Position numbers and translations under genes: made by a program | Notes under the pieces: generated by a model | The model's input: the letters and a program-made list of their open reading frames with translations, nothing else | What the model was told of the DNA's origin: nothing | Databases searched by the model: none | DNA from: Cyanobium sp. E1_MAG_00006 | GTDB taxonomy: Bacteria; Cyanobacteriota; Cyanobacteriia; PCC-6307; Cyanobiaceae | Direction of reading: 5' to 3' | DNA: 64,000 bases | NCBI GenBank assembly: GCA_027488975.1 | Contig: JAIYAQ010000021.1 | Location: 12,455-76,454 of the forward strand | In this document: piece after piece, positions 44,521 to 55,089 of the stretch | How the letters are laid out: each line of letters begins with the position of its first letter | Numbering within the stretch: the stretch's first letter is position 1

Positions 44521-45087
44521 ATGGCCGGCAACCGCCGCCGCGGCCCCTCAGCCGCCCCTGTGATGACCACCCGCCCCTGGCCCGAACCCACCGTGCACCC
44601 GCAGGCCTGGGTGGCCGACTCAGCTGTGCTGATCGGTGATGTGCGCCTGGCGGCCGGCGCCAGCCTCTGGCCCACGGCCGTGGCCCGCGGCGATGTCTGC
44701 CCGATCGTGATCGGCGAGGGCAGCAACGTGCAGGACGGAGCGGTGCTGCACGGCGATCCCGGCCAGCCGGTGACGATCGGCGCCGATGTGACCATCGGCC
44801 ATCGGGCCGTGGTGCATGGCGCCACCCTGGAGGATGGCTGCCTGATCGGCATCGGCGCGATCGTGCTGAACGGCGTCACCGTGGGGGCCGGCGCCCTGGT
44901 GGCGGCAGGCTCGGTGGTGACCCGCGATGTGCCGCCCCGGGCCCTGGTGATGGGTGCCCCGGCCCAGCAGAAACGTGAGCTGAGCGAGGAGGCCGCCGCC
45001 GAGCAGCGCCAGCACGCCCGCCGCTACCGCCAACTCGCCATGGCCCATGCCGGCCGCTCCAGCGACCCCGGCTTCCAGCCAGCTTGA
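44521..45087 (+). CDS. gamma carbonic anhydrase-family protein
   Basis: hexapeptide repeats, [23 protein letters not shown] (Zn His); start 44521 or 44563. Confidence 0.9.
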   Translation: MAGNRRRGPSAAPVMTTRPWPEPTVHPQAWVADSAVLIGDVRLAAGASLWPTAVARGDVCPIVIGEGSNVQDGAVLHGDPGQPVTIGADVTIGHRAVVHGATLEDGCLIGIGAIVLNGVTVGAGALVAAGSVVTRDVPPRALVMGAPAQQKRELSEEAAAEQRQHARRYRQLAMAHAGRSSDPGFQPA

Positions 45088-45187
45088 GCGCAGCATTTGC
45101 TGCGAAATCGATCAACCGCTTACAGCGCCTTCCGCTCCACGGTCTGCTTCCGTAGGATCCAGCAACGCCTTTTCTCTGATTCCAGCC

Positions 45188-45310
45188 ATGGACGCACGGC
45201 TCCTGCTTGTTGTGACCCCGATCCTGCTGGCCGCCGGCTGGGCCGGGTTCAACATCGGCCGCGCTGCCGTGGGCCAGCTGCAGCTGCTGATCAAGCGCGC
45301 CAACGGCTGA
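45188..45310 (+). CDS. psbY: photosystem II protein Y
   Basis: [32 protein letters not shown]. Confidence 0.9.
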   Translation: MDARLLLVVTPILLAAGWAGFNIGRAAVGQLQLLIKRANG

Positions 45311-45387
45311 GCAGCGCCCAGGCGTCGCTCCGCAACCCCTGCGCCACCGGCTCCTAGCCTGATCCCTTCAGGCAGAGACGGTTTCGC

Positions 45388-46857
45388 GTGTCAGAGCCCT
45401 TCCAGGCGAGCAGCTCAGCCCCGATCCTGGTGATCGGCGCCGGCCTGGCAGGCACCGAGGCGGCCTGGCAGATCGCCAGGGCCGGCCTGCCGGTGCGGCT
45501 GGTGGAAATGCGGCCGGTGCGCCGCTCCCCCGCCCACCACAGCAGCGAATTCGCCGAGCTGGTGTGCAGCAACAGCTTCGGGGCCCTCAGCAGCGACAGG
45601 GCCGCAGGCCTGCTGCAGGAGGAACTGCGCCGCCTCGGTTCGCTGGTGATCGGCACCGCCGATCAGCACGCCGTTCCGGCCGGCGGTGCCCTGGCGGTCG
45701 ACCGCGGCCGCTACAGCGCCGCTCTCACCGCCGCCCTCGAGCAGCACCCACTGGTGACGGTGGAGCGCCGCGAACACACAGACCTGCCCGGCCCCGGCGA
45801 GATCGCCGTGCTGGCCACCGGCCCGCTCACCAGCGAACCCCTGGCCGAAGCGCTGCGCGCCTTCACCGGCCGGGCCGACTGCCACTTCTTTGATGCCGCC
45901 AGCCCGATCGTGGAGGGCGAGAGCATTGACCTCTCGGTGGCGTTCCGCGCCTCTCGCTACGACAAGGGCGACGCCGACTACATCAACTGCCCGATGAGCA
46001 AGGAGCAGTTCCTCGCCTTCCGCGAGGCGCTGCTGAGCGCCGAGCAGGCCGAACTCAAGGATTTCGAAAAGGAGAACGCCACCTTCTTCGAGGGCTGCCT
46101 GCCGATCGAGGAGCTGGCCCGCCGCGGCGAAGACACCATGCGCTACGGCCCGCTCAAGCCGATCGGCCTCTGGGATCCCCGCTGGGGCGATGTGAACGAC
46201 CGCGATGTGCGCCGCGCCAACCGCGCCTACGCCGTGGTGCAGCTGCGCCAGGAAGACAAGGACGGCCGCCTCTGGAACCTGGTGGGCTTTCAGACCAACC
46301 TCAAATGGGGCGAGCAGAAGCGGGTGCTGCGCCTGATCCCTGGCCTGGAGAACGCCGAGTTCGTGCGCTTCGGGGTGATGCACCGCAACACCTTTCTCGA
46401 GGCACCCCAGCTGCTGGATCCCAGCCTGCAGTTCCGCCAGCGCCCCACGCTGCTGGCGGCGGGTCAGATCACCGGCACCGAGGGCTACGCGGCGGCGGTG
46501 GCCGGTGGCTGGCTGGCTGGCACCAACGCCGCTCGACTGGCCCGGGGACTGGAACCGATCAGCCTGCCGCCCACCACGATGATCGGCGCCCTCACCCACT
46601 TCATCGCCACCGCTCCCTCCGGCAGGTTCCAGCCGATGCCCCCCAACTTCGGCCTGCTGCCGGAGCTGGCGGAGCGGATCAAGGCCAAACGCGAGCGCTA
46701 CGGCGCCTATCGCGATCGGGCCCTGGCGGATCTGGAGCCCTTCACCGGCGCGGCTGAGCAGGCCGGGTTAGTACAGGGGGGGAATGGCATGGTGCCAACG
46801 CGATGCAGCTCTCCGGCCGTGACGCCAGCGGCGCACCTGCAGCCCACAACGCCCTGA
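45388..46857 (+). CDS. trmFO: methylenetetrahydrofolate-tRNA-(uracil-5)-methyltransferase
   Basis: [65 protein letters not shown]. Confidence 0.95.
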   Translation: MSEPFQASSSAPILVIGAGLAGTEAAWQIARAGLPVRLVEMRPVRRSPAHHSSEFAELVCSNSFGALSSDRAAGLLQEELRRLGSLVIGTADQHAVPAGGALAVDRGRYSAALTAALEQHPLVTVERREHTDLPGPGEIAVLATGPLTSEPLAEALRAFTGRADCHFFDAASPIVEGESIDLSVAFRASRYDKGDADYINCPMSKEQFLAFREALLSAEQAELKDFEKENATFFEGCLPIEELARRGEDTMRYGPLKPIGLWDPRWGDVNDRDVRRANRAYAVVQLRQEDKDGRLWNLVGFQTNLKWGEQKRVLRLIPGLENAEFVRFGVMHRNTFLEAPQLLDPSLQFRQRPTLLAAGQITGTEGYAAAVAGGWLAGTNAARLARGLEPISLPPTTMIGALTHFIATAPSGRFQPMPPNFGLLPELAERIKAKRERYGAYRDRALADLEPFTGAAEQAGLVQGGNGMVPTRCSSPAVTPAAHLQPTTP

Positions 46858-47780
46858 GCGAACAGCACAGCCTGGCGCTCGGGCTGTGGGTGAGCCTGGC
46901 CATCGCCGTGCTCGGCCTGGTGTCGTACGTGCTCTCCGGCTCGGAAGCGGTGCTGCTGGATGGGCTCTACGCCGGCGTGATGGCCGTCACCAGCCTGGTG
47001 GCAGCGCGGGTGGGCGCGAATGTGGTGCGGCCGCCGGATCGCGGCTGGCCGTTCGGCTACGAGGGGCAGGAGGCGGTGTACGTGCTGCTGCGCTCGTTGC
47101 TGCTGCTCGGCATCCTCAGCTTCGCCGGCCTGAACGCCGCGCGCGACCTGCTGGCCTGGTGGCAGGGCGACAGCCCGGAAGCCATTGCCACTGGCCCGGT
47201 GGGCTGGTACGGCCTGCTGGGCGGCCTGAGCTGCGGGGCACTGGCCTGGGCACAGCACCGCAGCTGGGTGTCCGGCGGCCGCTGCAGTGAACTGCTGCGC
47301 ACCGAATCGCGCGCAGCCCTGCTCGACACCGCCATCACCGGCGGGACCGGCGCGGTGCTGGTGGCGGCGCCGCTGCTGAACAGCACCGCTCTGGCACCCC
47401 TGGTGCCGGTGGCCGATGCGTTGCTGGTTCTCGTTCTCTCGCTGGTGGTGGCCGGCGAACCGCTGCACCGTTTCCGCCTGGCCCTGCGCGAAACCGCCGG
47501 CGCCGCCTGCGAGCCGGAGCTGATCCAGCGCACGCGCTGCGGCGTCCAGACCCTCGTGGAGGCCGCCGCCGCCCAGCTGCTCGACCTCTCGGTGGTGAAG
47601 CTGGGCCGGATCAGCTATGTGGTGGCCTACGTGAACCCCGCCCGAGCGGTGGAGGCCAGCTGGCTCGACAACCTGCGCACCCAGCTCGAAGCCAGCTGTA
47701 CCAGCCTGTTGGGTCCCGTGCGGGCCGAGGTGGTGCTCACCGGCCGGCCGCCGTTCCGTGAGGCCGTGGCCGCGGACTGA
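46803..47780 (+). CDS. cation diffusion facilitator-family transporter (divergent)
   Basis: 6 [16 protein letters not shown]...E, C-terminal domain; overlaps the trmFO 3' end. Confidence 0.7.
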   Translation: MQLSGRDASGAPAAHNALSEQHSLALGLWVSLAIAVLGLVSYVLSGSEAVLLDGLYAGVMAVTSLVAARVGANVVRPPDRGWPFGYEGQEAVYVLLRSLLLLGILSFAGLNAARDLLAWWQGDSPEAIATGPVGWYGLLGGLSCGALAWAQHRSWVSGGRCSELLRTESRAALLDTAITGGTGAVLVAAPLLNSTALAPLVPVADALLVLVLSLVVAGEPLHRFRLALRETAGAACEPELIQRTRCGVQTLVEAAAAQLLDLSVVKLGRISYVVAYVNPARAVEASWLDNLRTQLEASCTSLLGPVRAEVVLTGRPPFREAVAAD

Positions 47781-47837
47781 ATGGTTCCAGGCGCCACCGC
47801 CGGCTTCTAGGGTCGCCCCAGATCGCACAGCCCGCCG

Positions 47838-49409
47838 GTGACCGCCAGCCCTGCCTCCGACTGGGACGTGATCGTGATCGGCAGCGGCATCGGCGGGCTG
47901 GTGACCGCCTCGCAGCTGGCGGCCAAAGGGGCACGCACGCTGGTTCTGGAGCGCTACCTGATCCCGGGCGGCTCGGGCGGCAGCTTCCGGCGCGAGGGCT
48001 ACACCTTCGATGTGGGCGCCTCGATGATCTTCGGCTTCGGCGAGAAGGGGCACACCAACCTGCTCACCCGCGCCCTGGCTGATGTGGGCCAGCACTGCGA
48101 CACGATCCCCGATCCGGCCCAGCTCGAATACCACCTTCCCGGCGGCCTCAATGTGGCGGTCGACCGGGACTATGACCACTTCATCAGCGAACTCACCGCC
48201 CGCTTCCCCCACGAGGCCCAAGGCATCCGCAGCTTCTACGACACCTGCTGGCAGGTGTTCCGCTGTCTGGATGCGATGCCGTTGCTCTCGCTCGAGGATC
48301 CGGCCTACCTGGCCAAGGTGTTCTTCCGGGCACCGCTGGCCTGCCTGGGCCTGGCCCGCTGGCTGCCCTTCAATGTGGGTGATGTGGCCCGCGCCCACAT
48401 CAAGGATGAACAACTGCTGAAGTTCATCGACATGGAGTGCTTCTGCTGGAGCGTGATGCCGGCCGATCGCACGCCGATGATCAACGCCGGCATGGTGTTC
48501 TCCGATCGCCATGCCGGCGGCATCAACTACCCCAGGGGTGGCGTCGGTGTGATCGCCGAGAAACTGGTGGCGGGGCTGGAGGCCCATGGCGGCGCCATTC
48601 GCTACAAGGCCCGCGTCACCGATGTGCTGATCGAGGGCGATGGTGCTGCCGGCCAGGCCGTGGGCGTGAAGCTCGCCAACGGCGAAACGATCCGCGCCCG
48701 CCGCGTGGTGAGCAACGCCACCCGCTGGGACACATTCGCTGGCGAGGGCAGCGAAGGCGCGGTGAACCATCCGCTGGTGGATGCCGCCCACACGCCACAG
48801 GCCGAAGCCACCTGGCGGCGGCGCTACCGCCCGTCCGCTTCGTTCCTCTCCCTGCACCTGGGCATCGACGCCGCTGTGGTGCCGGAGGGCTTCCACTGCC
48901 ATCACCTGCTGCTGGAGGAGTGGGCCGCCATGGAGGCCGAACAGGGGGTGGTGTTCCTGTCGATGCCGACGCTGCTGGATCCCTGTCTGGCCCCGGCAGG
49001 CCGCCACATCCTGCACACCTTCACCCCCAGCTCGATCGAGGAGTGGAAGCACCTCTCACCCGCCGACTACCGCGCCAAGAAGGAGGCCGACGCCAACCGC
49101 CTGATTGCCCGCCTCGAGGCGATCCTGCCTGGCCTGGCCGGCGCCGTGCGCCACCGCGAGGTGGGCACCCCCCGCAGCCACCGCCGCTTCCTCGGCCGCA
49201 TGGGCGGCAGCTACGGCCCGATCCCGGCCCTACGCCTACCCGGCCTGCTGCCGATGCCGTTCAACCGCACGGGCGTGAGCGGCCTCTACTGCGTGGGTGA
49301 TTCCTGCTTCCCTGGCCAGGGCCTGAACGCCGTGGCCTTCAGCGGCTTCGCCTGCGCCCACCGCATCGGCGCCGATCTGGGCCTCAACCCCTGGGCGCTG
49401 CCGGCCTGA
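47838..49409 (+). CDS. crtH: carotenoid isomerase CrtH
   Basis: IGSGIGGL, GYTFDVGASMIFGFG, IDMECFCWS, DRH.GGINYP.GG, CVGDSCFPGQGLNAVAFSG. Confidence 0.92.
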   Translation: MTASPASDWDVIVIGSGIGGLVTASQLAAKGARTLVLERYLIPGGSGGSFRREGYTFDVGASMIFGFGEKGHTNLLTRALADVGQHCDTIPDPAQLEYHLPGGLNVAVDRDYDHFISELTARFPHEAQGIRSFYDTCWQVFRCLDAMPLLSLEDPAYLAKVFFRAPLACLGLARWLPFNVGDVARAHIKDEQLLKFIDMECFCWSVMPADRTPMINAGMVFSDRHAGGINYPRGGVGVIAEKLVAGLEAHGGAIRYKARVTDVLIEGDGAAGQAVGVKLANGETIRARRVVSNATRWDTFAGEGSEGAVNHPLVDAAHTPQAEATWRRRYRPSASFLSLHLGIDAAVVPEGFHCHHLLLEEWAAMEAEQGVVFLSMPTLLDPCLAPAGRHILHTFTPSSIEEWKHLSPADYRAKKEADANRLIARLEAILPGLAGAVRHREVGTPRSHRRFLGRMGGSYGPIPALRLPGLLPMPFNRTGVSGLYCVGDSCFPGQGLNAVAFSGFACAHRIGADLGLNPWALPA

Positions 49410-49476
49410 ACCAACGGCCGCAGTCGGCTGCCGATGCAGAACTGCACCACTAGGCTTCAGAGAGCGTCGGCATCCT

Positions 49477-51900
49477 GTGAAGCTCCTGCGCTCCTGGCTC
49501 AAACAGGAACGTGTGGCATCCCGCAACAGCAGCTGGGGCGCCACCCTTCGCATCTCCCTCCTGCTGCTGCTGGCCAGCCTGAGCCTTGAAGGTCTGCGCC
49601 GCATCAGCAACAGCACGGCGCAGCAGCTTCAGCGCCAGAACGAGCAGCTGGAGCTGCTCAACTGGATCGCCAGGAACACCAACCGCCCCCTGCAGGACTG
49701 GGCCAACTGGGACGACAGCTACAACTACGTCACAGGCAAAGATCCCGATTTCGTCAACCGCTACATGGAGACAACGGGCCTGCTCGATGGCGGCGCCGTA
49801 CTCGCCATCGTGGATGGCCGTGATCAGCTGACGGCCCTCACCGGGGCCGACAGCCGTGATAAGACCCCCAAAAGTCCACTCCTGCACTGCCTGCGCGGTG
49901 TGGCTGCCATGCAGCAACGCAGCGGTGAGTATTCCCTGCCGGTGATCTGCCCCAGCAGCCGCGGCCCGCTGGTGGGCGGCGTCGCCACCATCACCGACAA
50001 CCTGATCCGCCGGACCACGACGTCCCGCCTCTTCTACCTCGTACCCCTGCTGCAGAGTGGCACCGCATCCTCATTGCAGGAGGGGATGAGCACGCTTGGT
50101 AAGCAGCTGGTGCTGAGCGGAACAGCCCCGGGACAGGCCGGCCTTTCACAGCGCGCGGTGATTCCAACCCTGTGGACCGGCGACGGGCAGAAGCTGGCCG
50201 TGCGAGCCCCCGACAGCAGCACCACACTCACCCGTGAGCTGCTGGCCCTGGCCGTTCTGGCGCTCGGCGCTGTGCTGACCATCCTCACCCTGCGCGCCCA
50301 GTGGATGCTGGCCCAGCGGCGCCTGCAGCTGGAGCGGCTGCGCCGCGAACGGTTGAGCAGCCAGCGGATCCGCCGCACCGAGCGCGAGCTGACCCAGCTG
50401 CTTGATCAGGTGCAGTTCGGCAACGACGCCAACGAATCAAAGGCCTTCGCCCGCATGCTGAAGCGGCGTGTGAGCGATCCCGGTATCAAGGGCAGCCGCT
50501 CCCAGCAGGTGGAGCAGCTGGCAGAGCGCTTTGAGGGAGTGCTGCAGACCGCCCGTTCACTGGCCCTGCTTGATGCCACCACCGGCCTGCCCAATCGCAG
50601 CTACTTTCTCGAGCGCCTCAACTGGGAAAGCGAACGCAGCCGCAACAGGGGCGTTTCCCTGGCACTGCTGTTCATCAACATCGACAAGTTCAAGCAGATC
50701 AACGAAACCTATGGCCACAGCACCGGTGATGGCGTGCTGCAGCGTGTGGCCAGCGGGCTGGAGCAACTGATTGAAAGCAACGACTTCCTGGCACGCTTCG
50801 GCGGCGATGAGTTCAGCCTGATTCTCAACACCGAAAACCTCCCCGATCCAAGCGAAGAAACACTGCGTGAGTACTCTAACCAGCGAGCGCTTGATCTGCT
50901 CGAGCGCTTCCAGAGCAACGCCCGCCTGCATCCTGATCAGCTCAAGATCAGCCTCAGCATCGGTATCGCCATCAGCGATGCAACAGGTACCTCACCGGAG
51001 GAACTGATCCGTCGCTCCGACATGGCGATGGTGCTGGCCAAGACGCGGCGTCAGCAGAGGGTCTCGGTGTTCAACATCGATAGCGACTGGGACGAGCTGA
51101 ACAATTACAGGCTGTTCAACGCGCTGCAAAACGACATCAGCCACGCCCCTGAGCGGTTCTCGATCGTGTTCCAGTCGATCGTGGATGCCAGCGAACAGAT
51201 GTGCAAGGTTGAGGCCCTCAGCCGCTGGGCGAATCCTGATTTCCCCGATGTTCCAGCGGATCTGATCTTCGCCCTGGCGGAGCGCTATCGACTCGTACCG
51301 GAACTCGGTCGGGTGATCCTCGAACACACCTTGCAGGAACTCGTGAAGTTGCGCCAGGAGCTGGAGCGTCCCGATCTCAACGTAGCGATCAACATCAGTC
51401 CGAGTCAGCTCAGCCAGCAGGACTTCGGTACCTGGCTTCTGGCCCAGCTCAGCCTGCAGCGCATCAGGCCTGAGACCGTGACAGTCGAGATCACGGAATC
51501 GGCCGTGGTGGAAACCAGCCCGGAGCTCACCGACAACCTCGAGGCCCTGCGCCGGGCAGGGGTGAAGCTCGCCCTCGACGACTTCGGCACCGGCTTCTCC
51601 TCGCTGCTTCTGCTGATGTGGCTCAAGCCCGATGAGCTCAAGATCGACAAGAGCTTCGTGCTGGCCGCCTCCCGCGACCCGGTGGCCCTGAAGATCGTGC
51701 AACTGCTGCAGGCCCTCACGGCCCAGATGCAGTTGCTGCTCGTGGCCGAGGGCGTGGAAGATGAGGCCTTGCTGCTGCTGCTGCGCCAGGCAGGCGTCCA
51801 GCGCTTCCAGGGTTACCTGTTCGCCCGCCCCCTGAGCCGCCCCGCGCTCGTGGCCCAGTACAAGGCCCACGCCCCACACTCCAGCGGGGTACCTGCATAG
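49477..51900 (+). CDS. CHASE4-GGDEF-EAL c-di-GMP enzyme
   Basis: DWANWDDSY (CHASE4-like), RFGGDEF, EALSRW, EITES, DDFGTGFSS, KIDKSF, AEGVE, QGYLF. Confidence 0.9.
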   Translation: MKLLRSWLKQERVASRNSSWGATLRISLLLLLASLSLEGLRRISNSTAQQLQRQNEQLELLNWIARNTNRPLQDWANWDDSYNYVTGKDPDFVNRYMETTGLLDGGAVLAIVDGRDQLTALTGADSRDKTPKSPLLHCLRGVAAMQQRSGEYSLPVICPSSRGPLVGGVATITDNLIRRTTTSRLFYLVPLLQSGTASSLQEGMSTLGKQLVLSGTAPGQAGLSQRAVIPTLWTGDGQKLAVRAPDSSTTLTRELLALAVLALGAVLTILTLRAQWMLAQRRLQLERLRRERLSSQRIRRTERELTQLLDQVQFGNDANESKAFARMLKRRVSDPGIKGSRSQQVEQLAERFEGVLQTARSLALLDATTGLPNRSYFLERLNWESERSRNRGVSLALLFINIDKFKQINETYGHSTGDGVLQRVASGLEQLIESNDFLARFGGDEFSLILNTENLPDPSEETLREYSNQRALDLLERFQSNARLHPDQLKISLSIGIAISDATGTSPEELIRRSDMAMVLAKTRRQQRVSVFNIDSDWDELNNYRLFNALQNDISHAPERFSIVFQSIVDASEQMCKVEALSRWANPDFPDVPADLIFALAERYRLVPELGRVILEHTLQELVKLRQELERPDLNVAINISPSQLSQQDFGTWLLAQLSLQRIRPETVTVEITESAVVETSPELTDNLEALRRAGVKLALDDFGTGFSSLLLLMWLKPDELKIDKSFVLAASRDPVALKIVQLLQALTAQMQLLLVAEGVEDEALLLLLRQAGVQRFQGYLFARPLSRPALVAQYKAHAPHSSGVPA

Positions 51901-51928
51901 CCTTAACACCAATCCATGGCAGGCGCCG

Positions 51929-52219
51929 ATGGCAGGCTCAGGCTCGCCAACCCCCAGCTCCCAGGAACTGGCCCGCTACCTCGAGCAACGTGGCGAGCTC
52001 AGTAAACCCTGGATGCTGCAACTGCTGCGCCTCACCAAGCTGAAGGAGGCGAAGGACACGATGGAGCCGCAGGAGTTCCTCGACCGCCTGCAGGAGGCCC
52101 ACGCCGATCTGATGCGCCTCGGCGAGTTCTGGAAAGGACGCGAACAGGAAGTGTTCGGCGGCCGTTACCAACCCTCCAGCCTGATCGAACCCCTGCCCGG
52201 CTCCCCCGAGGATCGATGA
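51929..52219 (+). CDS. conserved-type hypothetical protein
   Basis: ELARYLE.RGELSKPW.LQ.LRL.KLKE...GEFWKG.E.EVF. Confidence 0.75.
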   Translation: MAGSGSPTPSSQELARYLEQRGELSKPWMLQLLRLTKLKEAKDTMEPQEFLDRLQEAHADLMRLGEFWKGREQEVFGGRYQPSSLIEPLPGSPEDR

Positions 52220-52776
52220 GCCGCGCCTACGGCATGGCCCTGCCGATCCGGGGCACGCTGGTTCTGCTTTATCTGGCACTGGTGCTGCCCCTGCCCGCAC
52301 TGGCGCCGGCGCCGCTGCAACCCTGGCTGCTGGCGGCACTGCCGCTGGGGCTTCTGCTGGTGCTGGCCATCTCCAGCGAGCGGGTGGAGCTGGACGATAC
52401 CGGCCTGCGCCTGAGCCACCCTGCCTGGTGTCGCTGGCTGCTGCGCCACGGCTGGCAGCTGAGCTGGGAGCAGATCACCGGCATCACGCCGGTGGCCACC
52501 AGCCAGGGCGGTCGGGTGTTCTACTTACGCACCAGCGCAGCCAACGGGGCGGGCACCAGTGTGCTGCTGCCCCAGCGGCTGGAGCAGTTCGACGACTTTC
52601 TGGCCCGCTTCGGCCGGCACACGGGGCTGGCCACCGGCTCCATCGGCCGGATCAGCCCGGCCTGGACCTACCAGCTGCTGGCAGCGCTCAGCGCCCTGAT
52701 GGTGGTGGCGGAACTGGGGGCCGGCTGGGCCCTGGCTACGGGGCGATGGGCGTTCCCACCAGGCTCTGGGTTGTAG
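52216..52776 (+). CDS. membrane protein with PH-like domain
   Basis: two N-terminal TMs, W..I..I, C-terminal TM; ATGA overlap. Confidence 0.7.
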   Translation: MSRAYGMALPIRGTLVLLYLALVLPLPALAPAPLQPWLLAALPLGLLLVLAISSERVELDDTGLRLSHPAWCRWLLRHGWQLSWEQITGITPVATSQGGRVFYLRTSAANGAGTSVLLPQRLEQFDDFLARFGRHTGLATGSIGRISPAWTYQLLAALSALMVVAELGAGWALATGRWAFPPGSGL

Positions 52777-53488
52777 AGCCCGCCTCAGGGATCGTATCGA
52801 GGCTGAAGCGGTAACCCTGTTGGCGGACCGTTTCGATGCCGCCGCCTTCGCCCAGGCCGGCCTGCTCCAGCTTGCGGCGCAGGGTGAGCACCTGGGTATC
52901 CACAGAACGAGGGCCACCGCTGAACGCTGGCCAAGCCATGCGCAGCAGCTCGCTGCGGCTGCGCACCATGCCCGGCGGCATCAGCAGGGCACAGAGCAGG
53001 GCAAACTCGCGAGGGCTGAGCTCCACCGGCTGGTCGCGCAGTGTCACCTGGCGCAGCAGCAGATGCACCTCCAGCGGCCCCACACACACCCGCTCCTGCA
53101 GGCCACTGCCACTGCGGCGCAGCAGAGAGCGGCAGCGGGCCGCCAGTTCCTCCAGGCCGAAGGGCTTGCGCAACACATCATCGGCGCCGGCATCCAGCAA
53201 CGACACCACCGGTTCAGCACCGGAGCGGGCCGTGAGCACCATCACCGGGCAACGCAGCTGTGCCGCAAGGCGCAGGGCCGAGGTTTCCTCCAGCAGCTCA
53301 GCGGCCACCAGCAGATCGGGGGTGAGGTCGTCGCAGAGGGCCACTGCCTCGGCAGCCGAGGCAACCGCCGCCGCCAGGTGACCGTCCTGACGCAGCCGCT
53401 GGGCCAGAACGGTGCGCAGGGTTGGGTGGGGATCCACCACCAGAACCCTTTTCAGGCCAGATTCAGCGCCAACCGGGGAGGGTTCCAC
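52736..53488 (-). CDS. OmpR-family response regulator with pseudo-receiver (NblR-like context)
   Basis: GADD.L.KPF.LEEL.AR, wHTH LSPREF.LL, RSVDTQV..LRRKL, VRQQGY; DLLVAAE lacks the phospho-Asp. Confidence 0.8.
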   Translation of the reverse strand: MEPSPVGAESGLKRVLVVDPHPTLRTVLAQRLRQDGHLAAAVASAAEAVALCDDLTPDLLVAAELLEETSALRLAAQLRCPVMVLTARSGAEPVVSLLDAGADDVLRKPFGLEELAARCRSLLRRSGSGLQERVCVGPLEVHLLLRQVTLRDQPVELSPREFALLCALLMPPGMVRSRSELLRMAWPAFSGGPRSVDTQVLTLRRKLEQAGLGEGGGIETVRQQGYRFSLDTIPEAGSTTQSLVGTPIAP

Positions 53489-53581
53489 CCGCTTCTCCTT
53501 GCCTCTGCTTACGCTATCGGGAATTCCCTGGGCACAGCGGTATCAGGCGATGCCTTGCAAGCTGTCCCCCCCCGTGCAGCC

Positions 53582-53848
53582 ATGACGGCCCTGCAGAACC
53601 CCGAAGCCATCCGCCACTTCCAGTCGCTCTGCGATGCCTGTCAGGGGCTGGCGAGTCGCTACCACGGACCCTCGGAACTGCGCCTCTACGCCGACGGCTA
53701 TCTGCATGCCCTGCGCCGTACAGCCGTGCTGGATCCGATCAGCCAGCGGCGCCTTGAGGAGCTGGTGGATCGCTGGATCCTCGATCCATCCAGCTTCATC
53801 GGCCCCGGCGGCGACATGAGCACCCTCTACGAATCGGGACGGAACTGA
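53582..53848 (+). CDS. small conserved cyanobacterial protein (DUF6761-like)
   Basis: MTALQNPEAIRHFQSLCDA...LRLYADGYLHALRR...W..DPS.F. Confidence 0.75.
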   Translation: MTALQNPEAIRHFQSLCDACQGLASRYHGPSELRLYADGYLHALRRTAVLDPISQRRLEELVDRWILDPSSFIGPGGDMSTLYESGRN

Positions 53849-53911
53849 CAGCCCGTCCCCGGTCGCTCAAGCCAGTTCAGCTGAGACCAGCTCAGCCAAG
53901 ACCAGCTCGGT

Positions 53912-54232
53912 TCAGGCCAACTCGACGGCCAGCTTCTCGCGCAGCTCACCTGAGTTATACATCTCGATCAGGATGTCGGATCCGCCGATGAACTCACCGT
54001 TCACGTACACCTGCGGGATGGTGGGCCACTCGGAGAATTCCTTGATGCCCTGGCGGATCTCCATGTCGGAGAGCACGTCGAAGGTTTCAAACGGCACCGC
54101 CAGGGCGTTGAGGATCTGAACAACGTTGTTGCTGAAGCCGCACTGGGGCATCAGCTTGTTGCCCTTCATGAACACAACGATCGGGCTGCTGGCCAACAGG
54201 GCCTCGATGCGGGCTTGAACGGCGGTATCCAT
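53912..54232 (-). CDS. grxD: monothiol glutaredoxin Grx4
   Basis: FMKG...PQCGFS, WPTIPQVY..GEFIGGSD. Confidence 0.95.
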   Translation of the reverse strand: MDTAVQARIEALLASSPIVVFMKGNKLMPQCGFSNNVVQILNALAVPFETFDVLSDMEIRQGIKEFSEWPTIPQVYVNGEFIGGSDILIEMYNSGELREKLAVELA

Positions 54233-54235
54233 GGG

Positions 54236-54472
54236 TCAGGCGTTGGGGGTGGAGGTCTGCAGGGCAAGGGCGTGGATAGCCTCGCTGGCCAGTTCGCTGC
54301 GCAGGGCGCCGTACACCAGCTGGTGCTGCTTCACCCGGCTCAGGCCGGCGAATGCGCTGGACACCACGGTCACCTGCAGGTGATCACCGCCGCCGGTGAG
54401 GTCCTCCACCTCGACACGGGCATCGGGCAGGGCCTGACTGATGGCAGACCTCACCTGATCAGGGTGAACCAT
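54236..54472 (-). CDS. bolA: BolA-family protein
   Basis: [24 protein letters not shown]...IHALAL.T. Confidence 0.93.
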   Translation of the reverse strand: MVHPDQVRSAISQALPDARVEVEDLTGGGDHLQVTVVSSAFAGLSRVKQHQLVYGALRSELASEAIHALALQTSTPNA

Positions 54473-54529
54473 GAGCAACGATCCGGTGGCTGGGCGGGAA
54501 TCTAAGCAGCGGCAGAGCGGGGTTGGCGC

Positions 54530-55063
54530 TCAGCTGCCAGGGGCCGCCACGCCGCCGGCGTAGGGCGTGCTCACAAAACCGATCTCCAGCAGGTTCTGGT
54601 AGGCCTTCTGGCCCTGCGGACTGGAGGGCGACATCAGCTGGACCACTTCCACCAGCAGGGGCACCGCCACCTCCGGCTGGTTCATGCGACGCAGCACAGC
54701 AGCCAGCCGGAGGTTGATGGCGGCCTGCAGTTCAACGGCGCGGCGGCCCTTGTCATCCATCTCGCGGGGGATGCGGGCATCGAGGCCGCGGAAGGCACCG
54801 CTGAGGTTGCGGTAGAAGCGCGCCAGGTTCTGGGCACCGAGCCGGGCCTGGTCGTAATCGGCCTTGGCCTGGGCAAGCTTGCCCGCGCCGGCTGCCGCAT
54901 CACCCTGAGCCACCTTGGCGCTGATCGCCTCGAGATTGAAACCTGTGCTGCTCGACTCGAGCACCTTCTTGGGCTCCTCGAGGGCGTGGACCGCCACAGG
55001 CAGAACGGTGGGGGCCAGCAGCGCCAGGGCGGCGAGGCTGAGGGCAGCGAAGGGCCGGCGCAC
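54530..55063 (-). CDS. exported helical hypothetical protein
   Basis: signal peptide, TPR-like helices, F.GLD.RIP.EM. Confidence 0.7.
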   Translation of the reverse strand: MRRPFAALSLAALALLAPTVLPVAVHALEEPKKVLESSSTGFNLEAISAKVAQGDAAAGAGKLAQAKADYDQARLGAQNLARFYRNLSGAFRGLDARIPREMDDKGRRAVELQAAINLRLAAVLRRMNQPEVAVPLLVEVVQLMSPSSPQGQKAYQNLLEIGFVSTPYAGGVAAPGS

Positions 55064-55089
55064 GGAACGGGCTCGGAGATCGGCAGACT

